From an uncultured Bifidobacterium sp. (lineage in GTDB: Bacteria; Verrucomicrobiota; Verrucomicrobiia; Limisphaerales; JADLHS01), in contig CAZKMR010000010.1 of assembly GCA_964553795.1 (NCBI GenBank), forward strand, positions 267 to 64,266: a stretch of 64,000 nucleotides of DNA, in the 5' to 3' direction. The position numbers and the translations under genes were made by a program. Shown here in pieces: positions 51,889 to 60,430 of the stretch; position 1 is the first letter of the stretch, and each line of letters starts with the position of its first letter. The notes beneath the pieces were generated by a model that was given only the letters and a program-made list of their open reading frames with translations, was not told where the DNA came from and searched no databases.

Positions 51889-53232
51889 ATGAAAACTTTG
51901 CTCCATCTCCGTAACGCTTCCAGATTCTTGGCGGTCATTTTGGGTTTCAGCCTGACATTTAGTCCGGATGCGGCCTCGGCCGGTCAACGTGGCGGTAATG
52001 GCAATCTGGTTCAACGCCTGGAACGTGACGGCCGCTTCACGACGCTCTTGACGGCACTTGAAGTCGCGGGACTCAAAGACACCGTTGCATCCGGTGGCAC
52101 ATTCACCCTGTTTGCGCCAACGGACGCCGCCTTCGCCAGTCTGCCGCCCGGCACCGTGGAATCCCTGGTGACCAACGTGCCCGCGTTGCAAAACGTTTTG
52201 CTCTATCACGTATTGGGAGGGCGGGAGAGCCTCTTCGACCTCGTGAAGCAAAGCACCGCGACGACGCTCCAGGGAAATCCGGTCCTTGCGTTGCGCGAAG
52301 GATTCAAAATCCGCATCAACGGGCAAAAAGTTGATTACCCGTCCTTGCCGGCATCGAACGGAATTATTCATCCTGTCGCGGGCGTATTGATTCCACCGGC
52401 GGAAGATATTCAGATCAACAGTCTGGTGGACGTGCTGGCACTGGATGGCCGGTTCACCACGCTCATTACTGCGGTGCAAGCGGCTGGGCTAGCTGACGCG
52501 TTGACCACCGGTGGCCCGTTGACGGTCTTCGCCCCGACCGACGACGCTTTCGCGGCGCTGCCGCCTGGCACAGTCGAATCGCTCATCACCAATGTGCCCG
52601 CGTTGCAGAACATTCTGCTTTATCACGTTGTGGGAAAAGAAATCAGCGGGTTGAAGTTGCTGGATCGCCGGCCGATTGAGACGTTGCAAGGCGCTACGGT
52701 GGACACCACATTCAAGCGCAGCGGCTTGTTTATCAACGATGCGGAAGTCATCAACGCCGATGTGAACACACCCAATGGCGTTATCCACGTGATCGGTGGC
52801 GTGCTGTTGCCGCCCCCGCCCAAATCCAATCTGCTCGATCTGCTCAAGAACGACGGCCGTTACACAACGCTCGTCACCGCGCTCGAGTTGGCCGGGTTGG
52901 ATGGCGCGTTGACCGGTGATTCTGCCTTGACCGTATTCGCCCCCACGGACGAGGCTTTCGCCAAAGTGCCTGCCGCTGCGCTTGCGGATTTGATCGCTGA
53001 TAAAGAGGCGTTGACGGCGGTGCTGCTTTATCACGTGGTCGATGGCGACCAATCCGCGCGGGAACTATTGCGGGAACGCAAGGTGGAAACCCTCCAGGGT
53101 TCGGACGTATGGGTTTATTACTGGCGCGGCAAAGTCCTCGTGAACAAATCACAGGTGATTGACGCCGATCGCGAAGCCAGTAACGGCCGCATCCACGGGA
53201 TCAACGCCGTTTTGTTCCCTCCGGCGCATTGA
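51889..53232 (+). CDS. Secreted protein with three tandem FAS1 (fasciclin) domains
   Basis: 447 aa. Three repeats, each containing FT(L/V)FAPTD(A/D/E)AFA, LLYHVV/LLYHVL and NG(I/V)IH motifs. Confidence 0.85.
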   Translation: MKTLLHLRNASRFLAVILGFSLTFSPDAASAGQRGGNGNLVQRLERDGRFTTLLTALEVAGLKDTVASGGTFTLFAPTDAAFASLPPGTVESLVTNVPALQNVLLYHVLGGRESLFDLVKQSTATTLQGNPVLALREGFKIRINGQKVDYPSLPASNGIIHPVAGVLIPPAEDIQINSLVDVLALDGRFTTLITAVQAAGLADALTTGGPLTVFAPTDDAFAALPPGTVESLITNVPALQNILLYHVVGKEISGLKLLDRRPIETLQGATVDTTFKRSGLFINDAEVINADVNTPNGVIHVIGGVLLPPPPKSNLLDLLKNDGRYTTLVTALELAGLDGALTGDSALTVFAPTDEAFAKVPAAALADLIADKEALTAVLLYHVVDGDQSARELLRERKVETLQGSDVWVYYWRGKVLVNKSQVIDADREASNGRIHGINAVLFPPAH

Positions 53233-53295
53233 GACCGATGCGCCGGTGTCGGGTTCGACCGATCAAACCTGGCTGAATCAAGGAAGGCAGGTTTG

Positions 53296-53332
53296 GAGGC
53301 GGAGAGCGACGGCTCTCCGCCTCGATTTGTTG
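53296..53332 (+). terminator. Rho-independent terminator after the fasciclin genes
   Basis: GAGGCGGAGAGC-GACG-GCTCTCCGCCTC (perfect 12-bp stem, 53296-53323) followed by GATTTGTTGG. Confidence 0.6.
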
Positions 53333-53625
53333 GTGTCAACGTTCTTGAATCCGGGGAGAATTCGGCTTGTGCACAATCCTGACCCTTCATTTTCCTCAAT
53401 GGACATTCTTATACCGGCGTCATTTGTCACCGGCCTGATAATGGGCCTTCCTTCGGTTCGGTGACAAAGCCCGGTCTGCCGTTTAGCCTCCCAGAATACG
53501 AGGAATTTTTTTCAGTGGAGCGGCACTGGATACTTCTGTGCTATGCGCTGATTCGGGTTAAGTGCGCAATCTAAGCGGAGTTGGATTCCACTTTTGAGGC
53601 AGAAATTGGCGGAGTGAAGTCGTGC

Positions 53626-53766
53626 TCAGGAAACCGGCAGCGGGCGCAACAACGCCAGCGCGACGCCGATGATGACGCCCAAAAGTGTTGCCAGCAGGAT
53701 TTTCCGTCCGGTCAAGCCGAGCTCGCGGCGCAAATCGTTGAGTTGGCGGGATGCCGTCAAATTCAT
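53626..53766 (-). CDS. Possible 46-aa tail-anchored small membrane protein
   Basis: My own translation, below the ORF-track size cutoff: MNLTASRQLNDLRRELGLTGRKILLATLLGVIIGVALALLRPLPVS. One clean TM helix, but no obvious RBS, so this is weak. Confidence 0.25.
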   Translation of the reverse strand: MNLTASRQLNDLRRELGLTGRKILLATLLGVIIGVALALLRPLPVS

Positions 53767-54400
53767 GCTTGGAGAACAAGCACGGCGAATACCAGGCGCC
53801 GATGATTGCCAATCAGCGAAACAAAAACCGGGTCAACTAGCCAGAGGGTGGCCGGATGACCCGGGGAATTTCGATTAGTTCAAGTGCGAGACCGTGTAGG
53901 GACCGATGCCGACCGGAACTATCAGCCGACATCGAAATTGTAAATTCTTCAAAGAGCAATTCGGCTGGAAGCCGGGGCGTTGCATTTTGAGGCAACGCAA
54001 ATTCACAGGGTAAGACGGGATTGGCTTTTTTGTGTTCAAAAATTTTCGCCCGATTTTTTCAAATGCGAGGTCAGGTGGAGTGCGGCGGTGGACTCATCGG
54101 GTGGCTGCGTGATGCGGTGGCGGCTGGCGTGGACGCGGGTGTTCATTGTTAACAGGAGAGGATGGCAGTTAGGATTACGCCCACGCCGGCCGCTTCGCAT
54201 GTATCGAGGGAAAGTCTCACCAGATTGAAATTTGCGGTGCAGCCGTGTTTGCGCCGCGGCGTTGAAGATTTGGTTCGCAACTTTCCCGGTAGTTTGTGGT
54301 TTGGAAATCAGGCGCAACGACAGGCTGGCAAAGCGGTTGGAGCCATGATTGGAAGTATTGGGAAAACAAAAACACGTTCATGTGGCTTCTGGATTCGTGA

Positions 54401-55960
54401 TTGAGAGCGCAAGTTATGGTCGATAACAATATGCGAATGTTTTCGAAAGCACTAACAGGGGCCACTCTCGTGTGGCTGGGGGGCATGCTTTCCGGCGGTA
54501 GCACCGCAGCGGAATACAAAGGCAAACAAACCGTGTCCAACCCGGCGGCGACAGCGAACATTCATCCACCGCAAGTGAAGCGGGAATTTCGCGGCGTGTG
54601 GATCGCAACGGTGGACAACATTGATTGGCCGTCGCGCAATGACTTGAGCACGGCGGAACAGAAAGCGGAGTTGCTCGTGCTGCTGGACCGGGCCGTGGCG
54701 TTGAAGCTCAATGCGATTATTTTCCAGGTGCGGCCCCAGTGCGACGCGCTGTATCCCTCAGCGCTGGAGCCGTGGTCGGAGTTTCTGACGGGACGGATGG
54801 GCAGGGCGCCGAGTCCGGCGTGGGATCCGTTGGAGTTCATCATTGCGGAATCGCACAAGCGCGGCTTGGAGTTGCACGCCTGGTTCAATCCTTATCGCGC
54901 CTTGCATCCGGCGGCGAAAGGGCCGGTGTCCGCCAATCACATCAGCAAAACCAAACCGCAGTTGGTCCGGGAATACGGCAAGTATCTCTGGCTGGATCCC
55001 GGAGAACGCGAAGTGCAGGACTTTTCATTGGCTGTCATCATGGACGTCGTGAAACGCTACGATGTCGATGGCGTGCACATGGATGACTATTTTTATCCGT
55101 ATCCGGAGAAGGATGCGCACGGTGCGGACATCAGTTTTCCTGACGACGCCAGTTGGCAGAAGTATGGCAAGAACACGAAGCTCAGTCGGGACGACTGGCG
55201 CCGCGAGAATGCCAATGTCTTCGTGCGGCGCGTCCATGAAGCCGTTCAAAGAGAGAAGCCGTGGGTGAAATTTGGCGTCAGTCCATTCGGGATCTGGCGT
55301 CCGGGCCATCCGGCCCAAATCAAAGGTTTTGATCAATACGGAAAGCTGTATGCGGACGCGCGCAAATGGTTGATGAACGGTTGGGTCGATTACTTTGCCC
55401 CGCAATTGTATTGGCCGATTGATCAGCCGGCACAGAGTTTTCCGGTCTTGCTAAATTGGTGGCATCAACAGAATCCAAAGAAGCGTCACATTTGGCCGGG
55501 GTTAGCAATTTCGCGTTTGAACGAAGGCTGGAAAGCGGAGGAAATTGTGCGGCAGGTGCAGTTGACGCAAAAGCAGCCTGTCAGTGCCGGACAGATTTTC
55601 TTCAGCATGAAACATTTCAACCGGCACGCGAGTTTGGTGAAGGCGCTGGAAGCCGGGCCGTTCAGTGAACCCGCCTTGATTCCTGAATCGCCGTGGCTGG
55701 CCACGCCGCCGCCAGCAAAACCCACCGTGACGGCCTCGCGCGGGAATTCCACGCACATCAATTGGACTGCCGGTGTGGGTGAGTCGCCGGCGCAGTGGGT
55801 TTTGCAGGTGCGCCTGCCGACCGGCTGGCAAACTCGGATTCTTTCAGGCGACACCCGCTCGGTGACGTTAGCGTCCGACGATGTGGATGCGGTGGCGGTG
55901 AGCGCGGTCAATCGGGCGGGCGTCACCAGTAGTCCCGCCGTCAGCCGGGTCAAACGTTGA
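54401..55960 (+). CDS. Glycoside-hydrolase-like family 10 (YddW/YngK-type) protein
   Basis: 519 aa. The start is possibly the Met at 54431 (MRMFSKALTGATLVWLGG signal). EFRGVWIATVDNIDWPS, LHAWFNPYR, DGVHMDDYFYPY and VKFGVSPFGIWR are typical of the GHL10/DUF187 family. Confidence 0.75.
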   Translation: MRAQVMVDNNMRMFSKALTGATLVWLGGMLSGGSTAAEYKGKQTVSNPAATANIHPPQVKREFRGVWIATVDNIDWPSRNDLSTAEQKAELLVLLDRAVALKLNAIIFQVRPQCDALYPSALEPWSEFLTGRMGRAPSPAWDPLEFIIAESHKRGLELHAWFNPYRALHPAAKGPVSANHISKTKPQLVREYGKYLWLDPGEREVQDFSLAVIMDVVKRYDVDGVHMDDYFYPYPEKDAHGADISFPDDASWQKYGKNTKLSRDDWRRENANVFVRRVHEAVQREKPWVKFGVSPFGIWRPGHPAQIKGFDQYGKLYADARKWLMNGWVDYFAPQLYWPIDQPAQSFPVLLNWWHQQNPKKRHIWPGLAISRLNEGWKAEEIVRQVQLTQKQPVSAGQIFFSMKHFNRHASLVKALEAGPFSEPALIPESPWLATPPPAKPTVTASRGNSTHINWTAGVGESPAQWVLQVRLPTGWQTRILSGDTRSVTLASDDVDAVAVSAVNRAGVTSSPAVSRVKR

Positions 55961-56036
55961 TGGCGGCAACGGGAATTTGTGCGGCATCGCGTTGGAACGC
56001 TTGCATTGGAGCGGGCGGGTTTTCTATGCTACAGCC

Positions 56037-56192
56037 ATGAATTTGCTTTGGGCCACGTTGATTCATCTCTTCATTGCTGCTCTGCTCGGAGCAGGCATCA
56101 TCATGTTGATGCATGGCAAGCCGGCGTTGTTGATTGTCGGCGGACTCGTTTACACGCTGGTTTTCGCCAAAGTCGGCTGCGCGTCGCATTGA
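56037..56192 (+). CDS. Possible small two-TM membrane protein (51 aa)
   Basis: Internal Met of track ORF 55977..56192: MNLLWATLIHLFIAALLGAGIIMLMHGKPALLIVGGLVYTLVFAKVGCASH, giving two hydrophobic helices. Confidence 0.35.
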   Translation: MNLLWATLIHLFIAALLGAGIIMLMHGKPALLIVGGLVYTLVFAKVGCASH

Positions 56193-56199
56193 GCGGCGT

Positions 56200-57624
56200 T
56201 CATTTTCCGGCCGGAATAATCAGCAATTGCTGAATTTTGGGGATGACTTGCGTCCAGGGAAGTCCCGAAGTGTCGGCCACGCCCGCCGCTACCCCGGCGG
56301 CCGCAGCGGAGGAAACGGACGTGCCGCGTGAGGCATACACCAAGCCGTTGAAGTAAAACAACACCACGCCCGGCGCCGCCGCATCTGGAGTGGTCCCCAC
56401 ATTTGCGTATGAAGCGACCTGACCGCGCTCCGTGGCTGTCACTGCCACGACATCCGGGATGGCCGCGGGATAAAAAGGGACGTTGCTCCCGTCATTGCCA
56501 ACAGCCGCGAAGACCGGGACGTTTTGTTCGCTGAGAAATTTCACCACGTCGTAAAGCACCTGCGTTTCGCCATACCCGCCAAGGCTGTCGTTGATGACGG
56601 TGGCGCCGCGTTTGTAGGCTTCGTACATTCCGAGCGCGACCGAAAACGTATCCGCTGTCGGGCTGTTGCCAAAAACATCCACGGAGATGACTTGCACGGA
56701 AGTGTTGTTGTTGCCGACCGCTTGTTGCAGGGCCTGAGCCAGAGCGTTCAGCATCGCATCGGCATGAGTGGGGGACGACGAACTGGTCGTGGTGTCGCCG
56801 GCCAACGAAAGGCGTTCTTTGATCAGTTGTTCCAGCGTTGCGTCCTGCTTTTGCAACGCGGTATCCACGAGCCCTACGACGACCTGATTGCCGTCCCGTT
56901 GCACGGGGGAGAAGTTGAGTTTGGTCTGGGGCGCGGCGCGACCGCCGAGATTCTGCGGCGTGAACGGCGGATCGACGTAATAATTATACTCCACCCCGGC
57001 GACGTCTGAATTCGCCAACAATTTCTGGCGCGCGGCTTCGGCGGCTTCCTCGGATTCGAATTGGAAGCGATACGCGTGCAACTCCGGAATGCGGTCCACG
57101 ATTTTGGCGCCGAGCGACCTGGCCAGGGCTTCAACATCCGTGCCGGGTTTGACGCGCACGATGAGTTCGTTGGGAACGCGTTTGGGCTGGGGCACAGATC
57201 GCACATGCGCATTGCGGACCTGACGCGTGGCGTTGTTCATCGCGGTGCGAAAGACGTAGAGGCGCGGCGGCCCGTTGGTTTGCGGCAACAGGGCGTAGTT
57301 CATTTCGCCCAACAACCGCCGCAACGCCTGGTTTACCGGAAGCTCGCTAAATTTGACGGACGAACGGAAACGGTCATCCGGCTCGACGAACACGTGCCAG
57401 CCGGTTTGCTCCGCGATGTTTTCCAGCAAGCTGAGCAATTCCCAATCCCGCACATCGGCGGACATTCGTTCCTTATCCTTGTCCCACACGAGCGAGTTGG
57501 TCTCGGCCGCGGCTGACGAGGCGGCGCACCAGCCGGCCAGCAGCAACAACCCCGCGAGCATCAGCCGGTGTGGAAAAAATGCCTTCACTCGTGGTTGGAT
57601 GGTAAAAGTGCTTCTCATGTTCAA
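56200..57624 (-). CDS. S8 (subtilisin-like) serine peptidase with I9 propeptide and an extra N-terminal domain
   Basis: 474 aa. Signal/TM segment. I9-like propeptide LIVRVKPGTDVEALARSLGAKIVDRIPELHAYRFQF. Catalytic contexts are VGLVDTAL (Asp), PTHADAM (His), AAVGNDG (Asn) and SRGTSVSSAAAAG (Ser). Confidence 0.85.
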   Translation of the reverse strand: MNMRSTFTIQPRVKAFFPHRLMLAGLLLLAGWCAASSAAAETNSLVWDKDKERMSADVRDWELLSLLENIAEQTGWHVFVEPDDRFRSSVKFSELPVNQALRRLLGEMNYALLPQTNGPPRLYVFRTAMNNATRQVRNAHVRSVPQPKRVPNELIVRVKPGTDVEALARSLGAKIVDRIPELHAYRFQFESEEAAEAARQKLLANSDVAGVEYNYYVDPPFTPQNLGGRAAPQTKLNFSPVQRDGNQVVVGLVDTALQKQDATLEQLIKERLSLAGDTTTSSSSPTHADAMLNALAQALQQAVGNNNTSVQVISVDVFGNSPTADTFSVALGMYEAYKRGATVINDSLGGYGETQVLYDVVKFLSEQNVPVFAAVGNDGSNVPFYPAAIPDVVAVTATERGQVASYANVGTTPDAAAPGVVLFYFNGLVYASRGTSVSSAAAAGVAAGVADTSGLPWTQVIPKIQQLLIIPAGK

Positions 57625-57631
57625 GCAGGCC

Positions 57632-60220
57632 TCACGGAGTTTTCACACGATAAAACTGTTGGCCGGCGGCATGGTTTGTTTCCGTCCATTGTCCCCACGA
57701 GTTTGTCGGCGTGACGGCGGCGCGCAATCCGAAATTCTCCACTAGACTCGTCGTGCTGAGAATCTGATAACTGCGTCCTGCCGTAGCCGGCCAGGCGAGC
57801 GTCGGCTGCGCCGCCAACACCGCGACCTTGAAGGGCGGTTCCGCGCCGATGATGCGCATCCACCTGGTCTCGGTGCGGTATTGCGTCCCGTTGTTATGGG
57901 TCACCACCGCGTAAAAGGGATGTCGGCCAATGCCGAGGTAAGCGGCAGGAATGGCGAACGTCGCGCTGGTTACATTATTCGACGCGCCGAGTGAGCCACC
58001 GGTGCTGAACAATTCGATTCGCGCGATGCCGCTGGTGTTCGCGGCCACGGCGAATTGCAGCGTGGCTTCGAGCGCGGTGTTGGTGTCGCCCAAGAGTGTC
58101 GTGAACGTCGCGGACCACGGATTATTCTGAATGCGAATCGAACGGCGGATGTGCGTTTGCGTGCGGACGTGGCTGCCTTCGTAGGCGACCGCGGTCAACT
58201 CGTGATAACCATCGGCGTTCGTGGTGGTTTGAAATGGAAAACTCAAAGTCCAATTCGTCAACCCGGCAGTAAGATAGAGATGATTGCGCGGGCGCAAGTC
58301 GGCGAGATTGTCCTCCAACCTTCCAGTCATGGTTGGGCTGATCGAGAACGAGCCGGTCAAGTGTGCTTGAATTTGCGCTTCGTGCCAGCCCGCCGCGCGG
58401 GCCCGCAGATTGAATACCGCGGCTGGATCGTTGTTGGCGGTTGCACCGACGATCAAATCCTCTGCGATGACCCCATCCGAACCGGTCAACGCCACGTTGG
58501 CGTTGATCGCGTTCACCAGTGATTGCGCAAAAATCTGCATGTCCACGTAGATGTTGCCGCTGCTGGGCGACGTGTTGGTTACCGAAATTGTCGTCATCAA
58601 ACCATTGGTCCGAGTGACGGTCATTTGCAAATAATCATTCGTGACGACTTCGCCAACGATGGTGAACTGCCGAATGCCGCGAGCGGGCGTATCGAGAAAA
58701 TTACTGCGACTGGCAGATATGAAAGACGTCAGCAACGCGGCACTGCCGATGGAACTGGTGGCGCTGACCGCGACATTCGAACCGGGAGTGTTCAAACTCA
58801 TGCTCTGCAATTCAATGCGGTCGCCGTGGGCAAAGGCCGCTACTTTGGTCGCATTGCTGAACGCATTTGCGTTCAACCGCAGCACCAGATTGCTGGTCAC
58901 CGCGGCGAGGGTCGCATTCGCCGGCACTGTGTAGTTTGTGGTGAAGCCATTCAGGGTCACTGAGAGAATGTTGTTTTGACGCGGAGGCATGTTGCTCACG
59001 GTATGCAGCAGTTGTCCGTTGAGAAACAAATCCACTTGTTGCACGGGGCGAGTGATGGAATCGGAAACATATTGAATACTCAAGTTGGTCGTTCCACTGA
59101 GCACGGCGTTCTCGGGCGGGTTGTTCCATGCGCCATGAGCCGGGAGCGCGAATGGGGCGGCGAGGGGTTCGCCGACGAGAATGCCTTGATATGGATTGGT
59201 CAGGCTTTGGTAGTAGCATTCCGCGATGGAGAAGCCGCGCGCCTGGTAGAAATAATTTTGCGCCGCGGGGAATTTGCCGGGATACGCGCAAGGTTCGGTG
59301 ACGGTGCCGTAGCTGGCGGTCGCGCCATGGTTGATGAAATCCATCGCCGTCGTGTGGTCAATGGGTTCAAAGAGAAATCCGCCAAAGGACGTCAGGTTGT
59401 CCACCATGGCGCCGGGCACAATCGGCGGATTGAACAGAGTGAAAACCTGTACGCCATTCTGAAACCCGAGCAGCGGTCCGAGCCCCGTGGTGGTGGAAAT
59501 GTTGGTGAGTGCGACGCGATAATTGCCGCGCAATCGCGTGTTCTGGATCACATTGTCCGCTTGCAAATAACGCAGACGCCGCACGACATCGAATGTCTTG
59601 GCGATGAATACCGTTTGGGTTGGGAACGTGGCGTCGCTGGCGACGCCCAGATCGACCAGCGCTTTGGCCTTGGTGAGATTGGTGGCGGTCAGGAGAAACG
59701 TCAGCCACGAATTACTCGTGGCGCTGATGGGCGGCGTAGCGCGGAAAATACTTTCGCTGCCGGCGTAGAGATTCGTGGTGCCATTGGCCATGGTGCAGGC
59801 CAGGAACGGATCAGCGGGATTATCCTTGAAACCATAGAACAGCGCTGCGGTGGTGCTGTTGAAATTATTCGTCACGTTGACGGTGCTGTTGGTGATGCGA
59901 TACGGGATGTCCATGCCCAAGACCACGAAATCAATCTGATTGGTCAGCTGGCGATTGGCCAACGCCGTGGTCAGGGGAAGGCGCAGGGAAGATTCAAATT
60001 CCGCCAACGTCCAGGTCGTGTTGCCGCCGGGCCAGTTGATGCGCAGTAGATTTTGGGGCGGCACGCCGCGCTGTTCACAGTAATAGTTGCCGAGCTGGAC
60101 GGAATTGGTGCTGTTCTGATTGACGACGACCAACACATTCAGGCCGCTGCCGCCAGCCCAGGTCGTCCCGCCGGAGGCAAACAGCCACAACAACAAAATG
60201 ATCGGTCGGATCCGTGCCAT
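57632..60220 (-). CDS. Large secreted Asn/Thr-rich protein of unknown function
   Basis: In frame with track ORF 57632..60409. Likely start is MARIRPIILLLWLFASGGTTWA (signal peptide). The N-terminal LNVLVVVNQNSTNSVQLGNYYCEQRGVPPQNLLRINWPG block recalls an uncharacterised family recurrent in PVC/Acidobacteria genomes. Ends ...GQQFYRVKTP. Its stop is 8 nt upstream of the S8 peptidase start. Confidence 0.75.
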   Translation of the reverse strand: MARIRPIILLLWLFASGGTTWAGGSGLNVLVVVNQNSTNSVQLGNYYCEQRGVPPQNLLRINWPGGNTTWTLAEFESSLRLPLTTALANRQLTNQIDFVVLGMDIPYRITNSTVNVTNNFNSTTAALFYGFKDNPADPFLACTMANGTTNLYAGSESIFRATPPISATSNSWLTFLLTATNLTKAKALVDLGVASDATFPTQTVFIAKTFDVVRRLRYLQADNVIQNTRLRGNYRVALTNISTTTGLGPLLGFQNGVQVFTLFNPPIVPGAMVDNLTSFGGFLFEPIDHTTAMDFINHGATASYGTVTEPCAYPGKFPAAQNYFYQARGFSIAECYYQSLTNPYQGILVGEPLAAPFALPAHGAWNNPPENAVLSGTTNLSIQYVSDSITRPVQQVDLFLNGQLLHTVSNMPPRQNNILSVTLNGFTTNYTVPANATLAAVTSNLVLRLNANAFSNATKVAAFAHGDRIELQSMSLNTPGSNVAVSATSSIGSAALLTSFISASRSNFLDTPARGIRQFTIVGEVVTNDYLQMTVTRTNGLMTTISVTNTSPSSGNIYVDMQIFAQSLVNAINANVALTGSDGVIAEDLIVGATANNDPAAVFNLRARAAGWHEAQIQAHLTGSFSISPTMTGRLEDNLADLRPRNHLYLTAGLTNWTLSFPFQTTTNADGYHELTAVAYEGSHVRTQTHIRRSIRIQNNPWSATFTTLLGDTNTALEATLQFAVAANTSGIARIELFSTGGSLGASNNVTSATFAIPAAYLGIGRHPFYAVVTHNNGTQYRTETRWMRIIGAEPPFKVAVLAAQPTLAWPATAGRSYQILSTTSLVENFGLRAAVTPTNSWGQWTETNHAAGQQFYRVKTP

Positions 60221-60430
60221 GCTCACAAAACTTCGGTGAACTACCCGGCAAGTTACCGGCTCTGGCGCAACTTGCAGGTAAAATCTAAACATTCTTTCGG
60301 CCGGCAAACGGAGCGAAGTCGCTTGCCCGAAATTGCGATAATTAGCGGTCGTTTGCGGTGTTTTCGCCCGGCAAATTGCAAAACCAAACTTGCCCACGCC
60401 GACGCCCACTCATAGCCTGAACAACCTTTA

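Noticed and set aside
54206-54216. GAGGGAAAGTC, reminiscent of the RNase P RNA GAGGAAAGTCC core
   Set aside because: The match is inexact. I found none of the other universally conserved RNase P segments (for example the ACAGAA..GCTTA region) nearby.
54387-54397. TTCTGGATTCG, reminiscent of the tmRNA 5' end
   Set aside because: There is no GGGG start, no tag reading frame and no T-arm/CCA end downstream. The site runs straight into the GH-like-10 coding region.
60335-60346. GCGATAATTAGC upstream of feoB as a possible Fur box
   Set aside because: Only about one half-site resembles GATAATGATAATCATTATC. This is too weak to call without a genome-specific Fur matrix.
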